A DNA stretch of 64,000 bases from Desulfobacterales bacterium (GTDB lineage Bacteria; Desulfobacterota; Desulfobacteria; Desulfobacterales; UBA2245), in the NCBI GenBank assembly GCA_040771865.1, contig JAXGZF010000004.1, positions 289,916 to 353,915 on the forward strand. Reading direction: 5' to 3'. The notes beneath the pieces were generated by a model, which was not told the DNA's origin, did not search any database, and worked only from the letters and a program-made list of their open reading frames with translations. The position numbers were made by a program, and so were the translations under genes. Positions 20,607 to 28,730 of the stretch are shown in pieces (position 1 is the stretch's first letter; the number at the start of each line of letters is the position of its first letter).

Positions 20607-22019
20607 GTGTCCGTGAAACCGGTTCTGAATATGGACTGTGTCTCATTTACCTATCCCGGTTCATCCGTTCCCGCCCTCAGTGATCTGTCATTGTCCATGA
20701 CTGCGGGTGAATGCGTCTGCATCTCGGGGCCTACCGGATGCGGCAAAACCACGATGCTGATGGCGGTCCAGGGACTGTTGAAAGATGGCGACAGGCAGGG
20801 TTCGATTTCCATCCAACCGGTGCTGCCGGGGCTGGATTCCGGAATGGTGTTTCAAAATGCGGAAACCCAGATCCTGTGCAGCACGGTGGAGGATGAGGCG
20901 GCATTCTGGCCGGAAAATTGCGGAATGTCCGCAGACGATATCCGTTTCGCGGTCGAAGACGCCCTGGATGCGGTGGGGTTGGCGGGACTGCGAAATCGAA
21001 ATGTTGAAGCGCTTTCCGCCGGACAGAAACATCGGCTTACCATCGCGTCCGTCCTGTCGATGAAGCCGGGTTTGATTCTCATGGACGAACCCTGCGGACA
21101 GCTCGACGCCCCCGGAAAGCGGCGGCTCATCGAGATACTGGAGAATCTCAAACACAGGGGTCATTCCCTGCTGATCGCGGATCATGAACTGGAGCCCTAT
21201 CGATCGATTGCCGATCGATTCGTGCTGATGGAAAACGGCCGCATTCAACGGATTTCACGGGAGTTTCCTTCCGAGTACGAAATGTCCCGGGTTTTCGAAG
21301 GAATCAGCTCGGATCCGAACTCCCGGTCTTTCGGGCCTCCGGCCGTGGAGATCGGGAACCTTCAGGTGGCCGGGCCGGAAGGGAATCTACTGATCGATCA
21401 GCTGGATCTAACAGTCAGGCGCGGAGAGTTCGTTCATATTTACGGGATTAACGGATCCGGCAAGTCCACCTTTCTCAAGTGCGTCTGCGGATTTGTTCGT
21501 ACGGAATCCGGAATGATCCGGATTGCCGGAATCAATCGCCCCCGGCCCTGGCAGCTGGCAGGCAAGGCGGCCTTGCTGATGCAGAATCCGCAGCGCCAGC
21601 TCTTTGAAGACAGTGTGTTCGATGAGGTCGCCTTTGCGTTGAAAAGAACGGGAATGGGGGCGGATCAGGTTCGAGAGCGGGTCATGGAGACCCTGGAGGG
21701 TTGCGCCTTGAGTCATCTTGCCGATCGTTCTCCTCTGACTTTGAGCTTCGGCGAACAGCATCGCGTGGCGCTGGCATCCGTGATCGTTTCCGAACCGGAG
21801 GTGCTGCTGCTGGACGAGCCTTTTGCCGGTCTGGACGTCAACCGGCGACGTCAGACCATTCGGCAGATTGAAACGATTTGCCGGGACCGGAAAACGGCCG
21901 TGATAATGGCATCTCACAATCCCTTATACGCCGGGCATTGCGCAGATCAATCTCTGGTTCTGGAAAACGGCCGTTTCAGTCCGGTGGTTTTCAATAATCA
22001 GGATATGTCTCTTTCATGA
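20607..22019 (+). CDS. Duplicated ABC ATPase of the ECF/CbiO type (two fused nucleotide-binding domains)
   Basis: 470-aa ORF with two Walker A motifs (GPTGCGKTT, GINGSGKST), two signature motifs (LSAGQKHR, LSFGEQHR) and two Walker B motifs (LILMDEP, VLLLDEP). Confidence 0.85.
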   Translation: MSVKPVLNMDCVSFTYPGSSVPALSDLSLSMTAGECVCISGPTGCGKTTMLMAVQGLLKDGDRQGSISIQPVLPGLDSGMVFQNAETQILCSTVEDEAAFWPENCGMSADDIRFAVEDALDAVGLAGLRNRNVEALSAGQKHRLTIASVLSMKPGLILMDEPCGQLDAPGKRRLIEILENLKHRGHSLLIADHELEPYRSIADRFVLMENGRIQRISREFPSEYEMSRVFEGISSDPNSRSFGPPAVEIGNLQVAGPEGNLLIDQLDLTVRRGEFVHIYGINGSGKSTFLKCVCGFVRTESGMIRIAGINRPRPWQLAGKAALLMQNPQRQLFEDSVFDEVAFALKRTGMGADQVRERVMETLEGCALSHLADRSPLTLSFGEQHRVALASVIVSEPEVLLLDEPFAGLDVNRRRQTIRQIETICRDRKTAVIMASHNPLYAGHCADQSLVLENGRFSPVVFNNQDMSLS

Positions 22020-22705
22020 GTCTGAGTGCGTTTCAAGGAATCGGCTGGCAGTTCAGCGCCGTTGATTCCATGCTTCACCGAATCAGCGCGGGCTGGAAAA
22101 TGGCGGGCATGCTCGCGATGTGCTGCGCGGCTTTTATCGGGAAAAGCTTTCCAACCCTGCTGGCGCTGCTGGCTCTCAATGTTATCGGATACCGTATGGG
22201 ACGCGTGAAAGCCGTTGAGATGTGGAAGGACATGCGGTTTTTCATGATCCAGACGGTGATCGTGGTGGGGCTGTATGTTCTGCGGGATGGAATTTATGAG
22301 GGGGTGTTGCCCGGCCTGCGAACATCTCTACAGATCCTGCTGTTTTTCATGCCGGGCGCTCTTTTTCTTCGCGTGACCCCGTCTTCCCAGCTGATGAGAA
22401 GCCTGCGCCGCTGGCTGCCGGAGCGGATCGCGTTTTTCGTGTTCATCAGTTTTCGTTTTATCCCGTATTTTGCAAGGGAGATATCCGACATATCCATGGC
22501 GCAGCAGTTGCGGGGCGCCCGGATCGACAAGCGTTCCCTTGCCAATCCTAAAAACTGGCCGGGGCTGTTTCACTGTCTGATGGTTCCCCTCATGATACGG
22601 GTTATGAAAACCGCTGAGGATGTGGCGTTGTCTGCAGAGGCCAGAGGCTTTGGAAAAACCCGCCGTCCGCATTCCAGTTTTCCAGTTGCAAAGGAGTGTG
22701 AATGA
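22016..22705 (+). CDS. ECF-transporter T component / CbiQ-family transmembrane protein
   Basis: 229-aa polytopic membrane protein with the C-terminal coupling motifs ...AQQLRGAR... and ...ALSAEARGFG typical of CbiQ/EcfT. Its start overlaps the ATPase stop (ATGA). Confidence 0.72.
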   Translation: MSLSAFQGIGWQFSAVDSMLHRISAGWKMAGMLAMCCAAFIGKSFPTLLALLALNVIGYRMGRVKAVEMWKDMRFFMIQTVIVVGLYVLRDGIYEGVLPGLRTSLQILLFFMPGALFLRVTPSSQLMRSLRRWLPERIAFFVFISFRFIPYFAREISDISMAQQLRGARIDKRSLANPKNWPGLFHCLMVPLMIRVMKTAEDVALSAEARGFGKTRRPHSSFPVAKECE

Positions 22706-23271
22706 AACCATCCGACGATCATCTGCTGTGGGGAATGTTCAGCCTGCGGGAGGCCCTTTACCTGTCCTTCTGTGCGATTTTTATCGTTATCGCCAAGGCG
22801 GTTCTGCGGCTTCATCTGCATGTGACCGGCCACAGCATGGTGTTAACCATGTTTTTTATGATTCTTGCGCGGGGTTGCGTACAGCGCAAAGGCGCAGCGA
22901 CATTTGTCGGGCTGATCGCCGGCCTCATGTGTCTTGTGTTCGGAATGGGCGCAAAGTCCGGACCGCTGGTGGTTCTCAAGTTTCTTCTGCCGGGAATTGT
23001 GATCGATGTCGCTGCAATCCTGTACCCTCTGCTGGCCCAGCGCTATGTTGCCTGCATTATCGTCGGGGCGGTTGCGGCAGGCAGCCGGGTGGTCATACTC
23101 GGCCTGGTCGATTGGCTTGTCGGCATCGACCGGGAAATGATTTTGCAGCATATGGTCCTCTTGTCCGTTATGAATATCGCATTCGGTGCGATCGGAGGCG
23201 CCATGGTTCCGCCGGTGGCAAGACGTCTGGCCGCCCACGGCCTGATTCCATCCGCCGGGCCGAATCCATGA
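22702..23271 (+). CDS. Small polytopic membrane protein, candidate substrate-capture (S) component
   Basis: 189-aa ORF with about 5-6 hydrophobic helices. It is translationally coupled (ATGA overlap) to the T component. It lacks the CbiM/NikM N-terminal MHI motif. The assignment rests on context and topology only. Confidence 0.45.
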   Translation: MKPSDDHLLWGMFSLREALYLSFCAIFIVIAKAVLRLHLHVTGHSMVLTMFFMILARGCVQRKGAATFVGLIAGLMCLVFGMGAKSGPLVVLKFLLPGIVIDVAAILYPLLAQRYVACIIVGAVAAGSRVVILGLVDWLVGIDREMILQHMVLLSVMNIAFGAIGGAMVPPVARRLAAHGLIPSAGPNP

Positions 23272-23358
23272 TCGAGGAAAAGAATAAGAAAAGAGCATTT
23301 ATGATTGACCCGATATCGCCTTCGGCAATGTCGGAACGAATGATGAGGAGACAGTGGT

Positions 23359-24096
23359 ATGAGAGTATTTCTGGGATTTGACGACACCGACACGATTGAT
23401 GCGGACCGGGGAACCGGCAAGCTGTCCAGATGGTTCGGGTATGAACTGCCCGAAGAGGTCCGTCTATGGGCCGTGGTGCGCCAGCAGCTTCTGGTTCATG
23501 AGGATATACCCTACACTTCCCACAACAGTTCGGCCTGCGTGGTCATGGATACGCCCGATGGCTATCCTTCGGACCGCATCATCGACCGGGCGGTCCGCCA
23601 TCTCCAAGCTCATTATCTGGAGGGAAGCGATCCGGGGATCTGCATGGCATGCGAGGATGATCCGGGGCTATCGGAGCTGATGAATTTCGGGATTTCGTGC
23701 ACCCGGCACGTGGTTTCTCAGAAAGATGCTCTAAAGGCGGCTTCGGGCGGCCATATTCATTTGTCCGGCCATGGCGGCACCCATGACGGAATTATTGGAG
23801 CCGCCGCCGCCGTGGGCTTGACGGCATCCGGCTGGGCAGGACGCTTTATAGAATTCGGCAGGCTCCGTGAATTTCCGGATCCAGTGACCGTATCGGAACT
23901 GGAGCAAAAGCAAATCCGGGTCATGTCTCTTGAAAAAAATGCAAACCAGCCGTCTCCCGAAGATCGAGTGATGACCCATGGCTGGCTTCGTCCCCGCCTG
24001 ATCGGCGGATATCCGGTCGTGATGGTCAAACACATTCAAGAAGACCTGTGGGAAATCGTCAGCGGCAGATCCCACAAAAAGAAATCGGAGGAATGA
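23359..24096 (+). CDS. Soluble protein of unknown function; N-terminus reminiscent of the TiaS/DUF1743-type G-x-DDTD motif
   Basis: 245-aa ORF with a good RBS (GAGGAG). The N-terminus is MRVFLGFDDTDTIDADRGTGKL. It is the last gene of the receptor-ECF cluster. The similarity call comes from memory of the motif only. Confidence 0.4.
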   Translation: MRVFLGFDDTDTIDADRGTGKLSRWFGYELPEEVRLWAVVRQQLLVHEDIPYTSHNSSACVVMDTPDGYPSDRIIDRAVRHLQAHYLEGSDPGICMACEDDPGLSELMNFGISCTRHVVSQKDALKAASGGHIHLSGHGGTHDGIIGAAAAVGLTASGWAGRFIEFGRLREFPDPVTVSELEQKQIRVMSLEKNANQPSPEDRVMTHGWLRPRLIGGYPVVMVKHIQEDLWEIVSGRSHKKKSEE

Positions 24097-24360
24097 GAAG
24101 ATAAAGTTTTATCACTTCGCGGCTTTCCGTCGAACCGGCGGAGAGCCGCTCCTGGTTCTCCTTTACCGCTATGTATCTCATGACATAGTTATCTGTATGT
24201 CCGTCATCCGTAAAGGCAGCACCAATCGATCCTTCGCATTCTCGTTATAAATTATCGTTATTTGTCAGTATAAGCTATAATTAACAACTTTCTTGCAAAT
24301 TTTGAATGCCTGAGTATAGAATGTCTTGAAAATGCCTTAAAATAACAGGTGCGGTAGATC

Positions 24361-24600
24361 GTGTCAAAAACACGGATGAATACGCGGGAAGTCGCGGAAT
24401 ATTCGATGTCGCCGATAAACAAGGTCTATGTCCTAGTCAAATCCAAGCTGATTCCGGCCATGCGGATAACCGGAAAGCGGCTTTTCCCCAGAAATCTAAT
24501 TGACGAATATTCCCGGTCCGGTTTTTCCGAGGCGCGGCAGAGAAACCGGAATACGGTGCTGAATCAGAACACTTTTTTGAAAAGTCGGTGCAGGCCTTGA
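24361..24600 (+). CDS. Stand-alone excisionase/MerR-type (HTH_17-like) DNA-binding protein
   Basis: 79-aa ORF. MNTREVAEY...VYVLVKSKLIPAMRITGKRLFPRNLIDEY follows the helix-turn-helix plus wing pattern of excisionase-family HTH domains. The start is GTG 24361 or ATG 24376, and the RBS is weak. Confidence 0.5.
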   Translation: MSKTRMNTREVAEYSMSPINKVYVLVKSKLIPAMRITGKRLFPRNLIDEYSRSGFSEARQRNRNTVLNQNTFLKSRCRP

Positions 24601-24790
24601 TGGAGGTTTTCCATAACCCGGCTTTCCGTATGCGGGTCGGAGGAATGAGCGGCTACGACTTTTCCGATTCCGGACAGATTATTTGTTCTTCCACCTGAAA
24701 TCTTGGATGAAACCGGCGTGTGCCGTCAGCAAAAAGATAATGGGGGACGCATCCAGTTAAAAATTTAACGGAAGAAAGGAGAAGTATTCC

Positions 24791-25645
24791 ATGAAAAGGC
24801 TGCTTATTTGTCTGTTGATGTTTGTCGGGTTTGGGTTTCAAGAAGCGGCAAATGCCCTTGACGGCAGTCAGTTTATTCTTCTGTCCTCAACCATTGGCCC
24901 AATCGATTCCGGCATTGTCGAAGTTCTGGAAAACCAGTTTGAAAAGGAAACCGGCATTCGGGTGCGCCATGTCGGCGCCGGAACAGGGGCGGCGTTGAAT
25001 ATTGCCCGCAAAGGCAGTATCGACCTCGTGATGGTCCATGCCAAATCCCTGGAGGAAAAATTTATTCAGGAAGGGTTCGGAACCCAACGAATTCCTCTGA
25101 TGTACAACGATTTCGTTCTGGTCGGACCCGCCTCGGATCCTGCCGGCATTCGGGGAATGAAAACAGCCGCGGAAGCGCTTCGCCGGATTTCAGAGAAAGG
25201 CGTCGCCTTTATCAGCCGGGGAGACAAGTCGGGAACGAACGTGGCCGAACTGGAACTCTGGGAAAAGGCGGGGCTCAAGCCCTCTGCCCCTTGGTACGCA
25301 ATCTATGAAAAGGGGTCCGAAGGCAATTCCGCGACGTTGAAGTATGCCAGCCAGCAGGAGGCTTATACGGTTATTGACAGGGCCACCTTTCTCGCTCTAA
25401 AGGATCAGATTCAACTGGTTATCCTCGTCGAAGGCGATGAAGCCATGCTGAACTACATCAGCCTTATCCCAGTCGATCAGAAAAAATTCAAAACGGTCAA
25501 CGCGACCGACACGATGCGTTTTGTAACCTGGCTGACCGACCCGAAAAAGGGACAGGCCGTCATTCGGGACTTCGGAAAAGAAAAATACGGAGCTCCGCTG
25601 TTCTTTCCCAATTCGGAAGACTGGCAAAAGTCTAAAGGAAAATAA
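24791..25645 (+). CDS. Periplasmic tungstate/molybdate-binding protein paralog (TupA-like, divergent anion-binding motif)
   Basis: 284-aa ORF with a signal peptide, collinear with the TupA at 25767. Both share the VRHVGAGTGAAL / IAVGSGQAM block, the VHA(K)S/VHSPAAE block, DFVLVGPASDPAGI and FISRGDKSGT. The N-terminal TTTSTQDSG is replaced by SSTIGPIDSG. Confidence 0.75.
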   Translation: MKRLLICLLMFVGFGFQEAANALDGSQFILLSSTIGPIDSGIVEVLENQFEKETGIRVRHVGAGTGAALNIARKGSIDLVMVHAKSLEEKFIQEGFGTQRIPLMYNDFVLVGPASDPAGIRGMKTAAEALRRISEKGVAFISRGDKSGTNVAELELWEKAGLKPSAPWYAIYEKGSEGNSATLKYASQQEAYTVIDRATFLALKDQIQLVILVEGDEAMLNYISLIPVDQKKFKTVNATDTMRFVTWLTDPKKGQAVIRDFGKEKYGAPLFFPNSEDWQKSKGK

Positions 25646-25766
25646 CGGATTCAATTCATCATATTCAAACCTGCGCCAAAAAGGTGCGAACAAACTTGTC
25701 CATTTTGATGTATTACTTGATCAATTTAATTGAACGGATCACAAAAATTTATTAAGGAGGATGAAA

Positions 25767-26654
25767 ATGAAGCTTAAAAAGCGTACAATCTGTTACCGTT
25801 ATCTGGGATTTATTGCACTCCTGTGTCTGATCACGGGTCTGGCAAGCGTCACATCTGCTTTTGCGGCTGAACCGGCGCAGAAAAACATTATTCTGGCCAC
25901 TACGACCAGCACTCAGGATTCCGGTCTTCTGGACGCCCTGATTCCGATTTTCGAAAAGGAAACCGGTTATTTTGTCAAGACGATCGCCGTCGGTTCCGGT
26001 CAGGCCATGGCCATGGGAGAGAAGGGTGAAGCAGATGTCCTGCTGGTCCATTCACCTGCAGCGGAAAAAAAATTTATGGAAGCGCAAAACGGAATCAACC
26101 GCCGCCTCGTCATGCACAATGACTTCGTGATCGTGGGTCCGCCCGCCGATCCTGCCGGCATCAAAGGCTCCAAGACTTCTCCGGAAGCTTTTACGAAGAT
26201 TGCCGGCACCAGTTCCCTGTTTATTTCCCGGGGCGACAACTCAGGAACGCATTCCAAGGAAAAGGGGATCTGGAAAGCCGCGGGGCTTAATCCGGAAGAG
26301 CAGCCTTCGAAATGGTATCAGCAGACCGGACAGGGCATGGGCCATACCCTCAATGTCGCGGCCGAGAAACTGGGTTATACGCTCACTGACAGGGGAACCT
26401 GGCTTTCTCTGCAGAAAAACCTCGGGCTTCCCGTTCTCATGGAGGGCGACCCGATCCTGCTGAACGTCTATCACGTCATCGAGGTCAATCCGGCCAAGTG
26501 GCCGAAAGTCAACGCACCCGGCGCCCGTGCTTTCTCCGACTTCATGGTTTCGCCCGCGACCCAGAGTATCATCAAAACTTTCGGCGTGGACAAGTATGGA
26601 TCTCCTCTGTTTTTCCCGGATGCGGGCAAGAAAGTGGAGGATCTCGGGAAATAA
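25767..26654 (+). CDS. tupA: Tungstate ABC transporter substrate-binding protein
   Basis: Has a signal peptide and ILATTTSTQDSGLLDALIPIFEKETGY, the Thr-rich motif typical of TupA. Also contains FISRGDNSGTH. It is followed by a permease and an ATPase. ATG 25767 has better RBS spacing than 25761. Confidence 0.85.
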   Translation: MKLKKRTICYRYLGFIALLCLITGLASVTSAFAAEPAQKNIILATTTSTQDSGLLDALIPIFEKETGYFVKTIAVGSGQAMAMGEKGEADVLLVHSPAAEKKFMEAQNGINRRLVMHNDFVIVGPPADPAGIKGSKTSPEAFTKIAGTSSLFISRGDNSGTHSKEKGIWKAAGLNPEEQPSKWYQQTGQGMGHTLNVAAEKLGYTLTDRGTWLSLQKNLGLPVLMEGDPILLNVYHVIEVNPAKWPKVNAPGARAFSDFMVSPATQSIIKTFGVDKYGSPLFFPDAGKKVEDLGK

Positions 26655-27353
26655 ATGGATCTGATTCTTGAAGGCATCCTGAAGGCCGTAGCGCTGCTTG
26701 TTTCCCTGGATCCGGAAGTCCTGGGAATCACCGCGCTATCATTGAAAATTTCAGGAACAGCCACCCTGATCAGTCTTTTTCTTGGCGTTTCAACGGGAAC
26801 CGTGGTGGCCCTCACCCGGTTCCCGGGCCGCAAGATTGTCGTCAGTCTGATCAATACCGGCATGGGGTTGCCGCCGGTGGTTGTGGGTCTCTTTGTCACG
26901 ATCTTCCTCTGGCGAAACGGGCCGTTGGGCTTTCTGCAAATCCTCTACACGCCCACGGCGATTATTCTTGCCCAGGCGATCATTGCTACCCCCATCATCA
27001 GCGGAATCAGCCTGGCCGCGATGCAGAACCTTCCCGCCAACCTCCGTCTTCAGATCCTGGCGCTCGGGGCCACCAGACTGCAGATGCTCTGGCTTCTCAT
27101 ACGGGAAGCCCGCCTGCCCCTGCTGGCCGCCGTCATGGCCGGATTCGGCGGCATCATTTCCGAGGTGGGGGCTTCCATCATGGTGGGCGGCAACATCAAG
27201 GGCTATTCACGGGTTCTCACCACAGCCACGGTCATGGAAACGGGTCGGGGAAACTTTGACGTGGCCATTGCGCTGAGCGCTATTCTCTTGCTGCTGGCCT
27301 TTCTGATCAACTACCTGCTGACACGGATTCAGCAACGGGAGCGTCCCCGATGA
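26655..27353 (+). CDS. tupB: Tungstate ABC transporter permease
   Basis: 232-aa polytopic membrane protein with an EAA-like loop (ALGATRLQMLWLLIREARLPL), located between tupA and tupC. Confidence 0.85.
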   Translation: MDLILEGILKAVALLVSLDPEVLGITALSLKISGTATLISLFLGVSTGTVVALTRFPGRKIVVSLINTGMGLPPVVVGLFVTIFLWRNGPLGFLQILYTPTAIILAQAIIATPIISGISLAAMQNLPANLRLQILALGATRLQMLWLLIREARLPLLAAVMAGFGGIISEVGASIMVGGNIKGYSRVLTTATVMETGRGNFDVAIALSAILLLLAFLINYLLTRIQQRERPR

Positions 27354-28450
27354 CGGCCGCCAGTCCCCTTCTTCAGGTCAAAAATATTGTGGTCAAGCGG
27401 GGCGGAATTACTGTTCTGGATATCCCCGACTTTACGCTCAAGCAGGGGGAGGTTCTGTCCCTGCTCGGGCCGAACGGCTCCGGGAAATCCACGCTGCTTC
27501 TGACCTTGTCCAGCCTTTTGAAGCTGCACCAGGGCAAACTGATCTTCAAGGGCCGGGAGATTGACAGCCGCCGGAATGCGCTGGACTATCGACGGCAGAT
27601 CGCCGTCGTATTTCAGGACCCGCTTCTTTTGGATACGACGGTGCTGGACAATGTGGCTTCCGGCCTGAAAATCCGGGGAGTAGAGAATATGAAACGTTTG
27701 CGGATCGCGGAAGAATACCTGGAACGCCTGGGAATTGCCCATCTGGCCAAACGATCCGCATCCAAACTCTCCGGAGGAGAAGCCCAGAGAACCAGTATCG
27801 CCCGGGCCTTTGCGACTCGCCCCACCATCCTTTTTCTCGATGAACCCTTTTCCGCTCTGGATCCGCCCACGCGCGAAGCTTTGATCTCGGATCTCACCCG
27901 CATTCTTCGGGAAACGGACACCACGGCGGTGATTGCCACGCATGATCAGATGGAGGCCCTGCGCCTTTCCAGCCGCATGGCCATTATTCAGCAAGGAAAG
28001 ATCGCTCAGACGGGCTCTGCAGAAGAGGTGATGAATCATCCGGTTAATGAATTTGTCGCCTCCTTTGTCGGAATGGACACGGTCCTGGCCGGCAGGGTCC
28101 GGGAAAACCACGACAAGAACAGAATGATGATTGCCGTCGGCGATCGGGAGATCGAGGCCGTGGGGAATTTCCCTCCGGGAGAGCAGCTCATCTGTTGCAT
28201 TCGTCCCGAGAACGTAACTCTCTCCACGGATTCACCCGAAGAACAGAGCAGCGCTCGAAACAATTTTTCGGGCCGGATTGTGCGCATCGCACCCCACGGA
28301 CTTTTTTACCGCGTTGATCTGGACTGCGGTTTTGAGCTCACTTCTTACATCACCCGTACATCACTGGACAGCCTGGCGCTTCGGGAAGGTATGAAGGTCA
28401 AGGCCTCCTTCAAGGCCACCGCCGTTCATGTGATCCGGAAAACGACATGA
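27350..28450 (+). CDS. tupC: Tungstate ABC transporter ATP-binding protein with C-terminal TOBE-like domain
   Basis: 366-aa ORF with Walker A GPNGSGKST, signature LSGGEAQR and Walker B ILFLDEP. A C-terminal extension of about 120 aa ends ...GMKVKASFKATAVHVI, which is TOBE-like. Confidence 0.85.
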   Translation: MTAASPLLQVKNIVVKRGGITVLDIPDFTLKQGEVLSLLGPNGSGKSTLLLTLSSLLKLHQGKLIFKGREIDSRRNALDYRRQIAVVFQDPLLLDTTVLDNVASGLKIRGVENMKRLRIAEEYLERLGIAHLAKRSASKLSGGEAQRTSIARAFATRPTILFLDEPFSALDPPTREALISDLTRILRETDTTAVIATHDQMEALRLSSRMAIIQQGKIAQTGSAEEVMNHPVNEFVASFVGMDTVLAGRVRENHDKNRMMIAVGDREIEAVGNFPPGEQLICCIRPENVTLSTDSPEEQSSARNNFSGRIVRIAPHGLFYRVDLDCGFELTSYITRTSLDSLALREGMKVKASFKATAVHVIRKTT

Positions 28451-28499
28451 AGCGCTTTTAACGGACTAAATTTGAATTTAACATTAAGGAGGCACGGCC

Positions 28500-28715
28500 A
28501 TGGCAGGCAAAATTTTTTATCGGGAACGCCGGAAAGTCGCCGAAGGGGAAAAGAAGCCGCGGTTTACTCTCGTCGCCGTCACGGGTCTTGATCTCACCTT
28601 GTATCCGAAACACATGCGCAAACAGGAACTGGAACAGATTGCCGAAGCGGTCGGCGCGGAATTGATTCTGCTGAAAGACGTCGAAAAAGGCGAGGAAGTG
28701 GAAGTTAAGGCATAA
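28500..28715 (+). CDS. Small conserved protein, paralog B (71 aa), function unknown
   Basis: MAGKIFYRERRKVAEGEKKPRF... is a paralog of 17198..17401. It sits 49 nt after tupC and 15 nt before the Mos-like gene. AAGGAGG lies upstream. Confidence 0.55.
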   Translation: MAGKIFYRERRKVAEGEKKPRFTLVAVTGLDLTLYPKHMRKQELEQIAEAVGAELILLKDVEKGEEVEVKA

Positions 28716-28730
28716 ACGGAGGGGATTATC

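Noticed and set aside
24097-24360. Search for Moco/Wco (moaA-motif) riboswitches in the island's long non-coding regions (24097-24360, 29562-29932, 31079-31315, 34821-35111).
   Set aside because: I did not find the conserved GCCUCCGA / CUCCGAG-type core elements I recall from the Moco motif. A covariance-model scan (Rfam RF01055) would be needed to exclude one formally.
27329-28111. 260-aa minus-strand ORF opposite tupC. Similar cases are 8358..9107, 9915..10655, 10776..11453, 15951..16655, 28458..29132, 35196..35912, 49152..49973, 52668..53495 and 55835..56602.
   Set aside because: Each is fully nested antisense to a confidently assigned gene. Each has an Arg/Gly/Pro-rich composition typical of reverse-frame artefacts.
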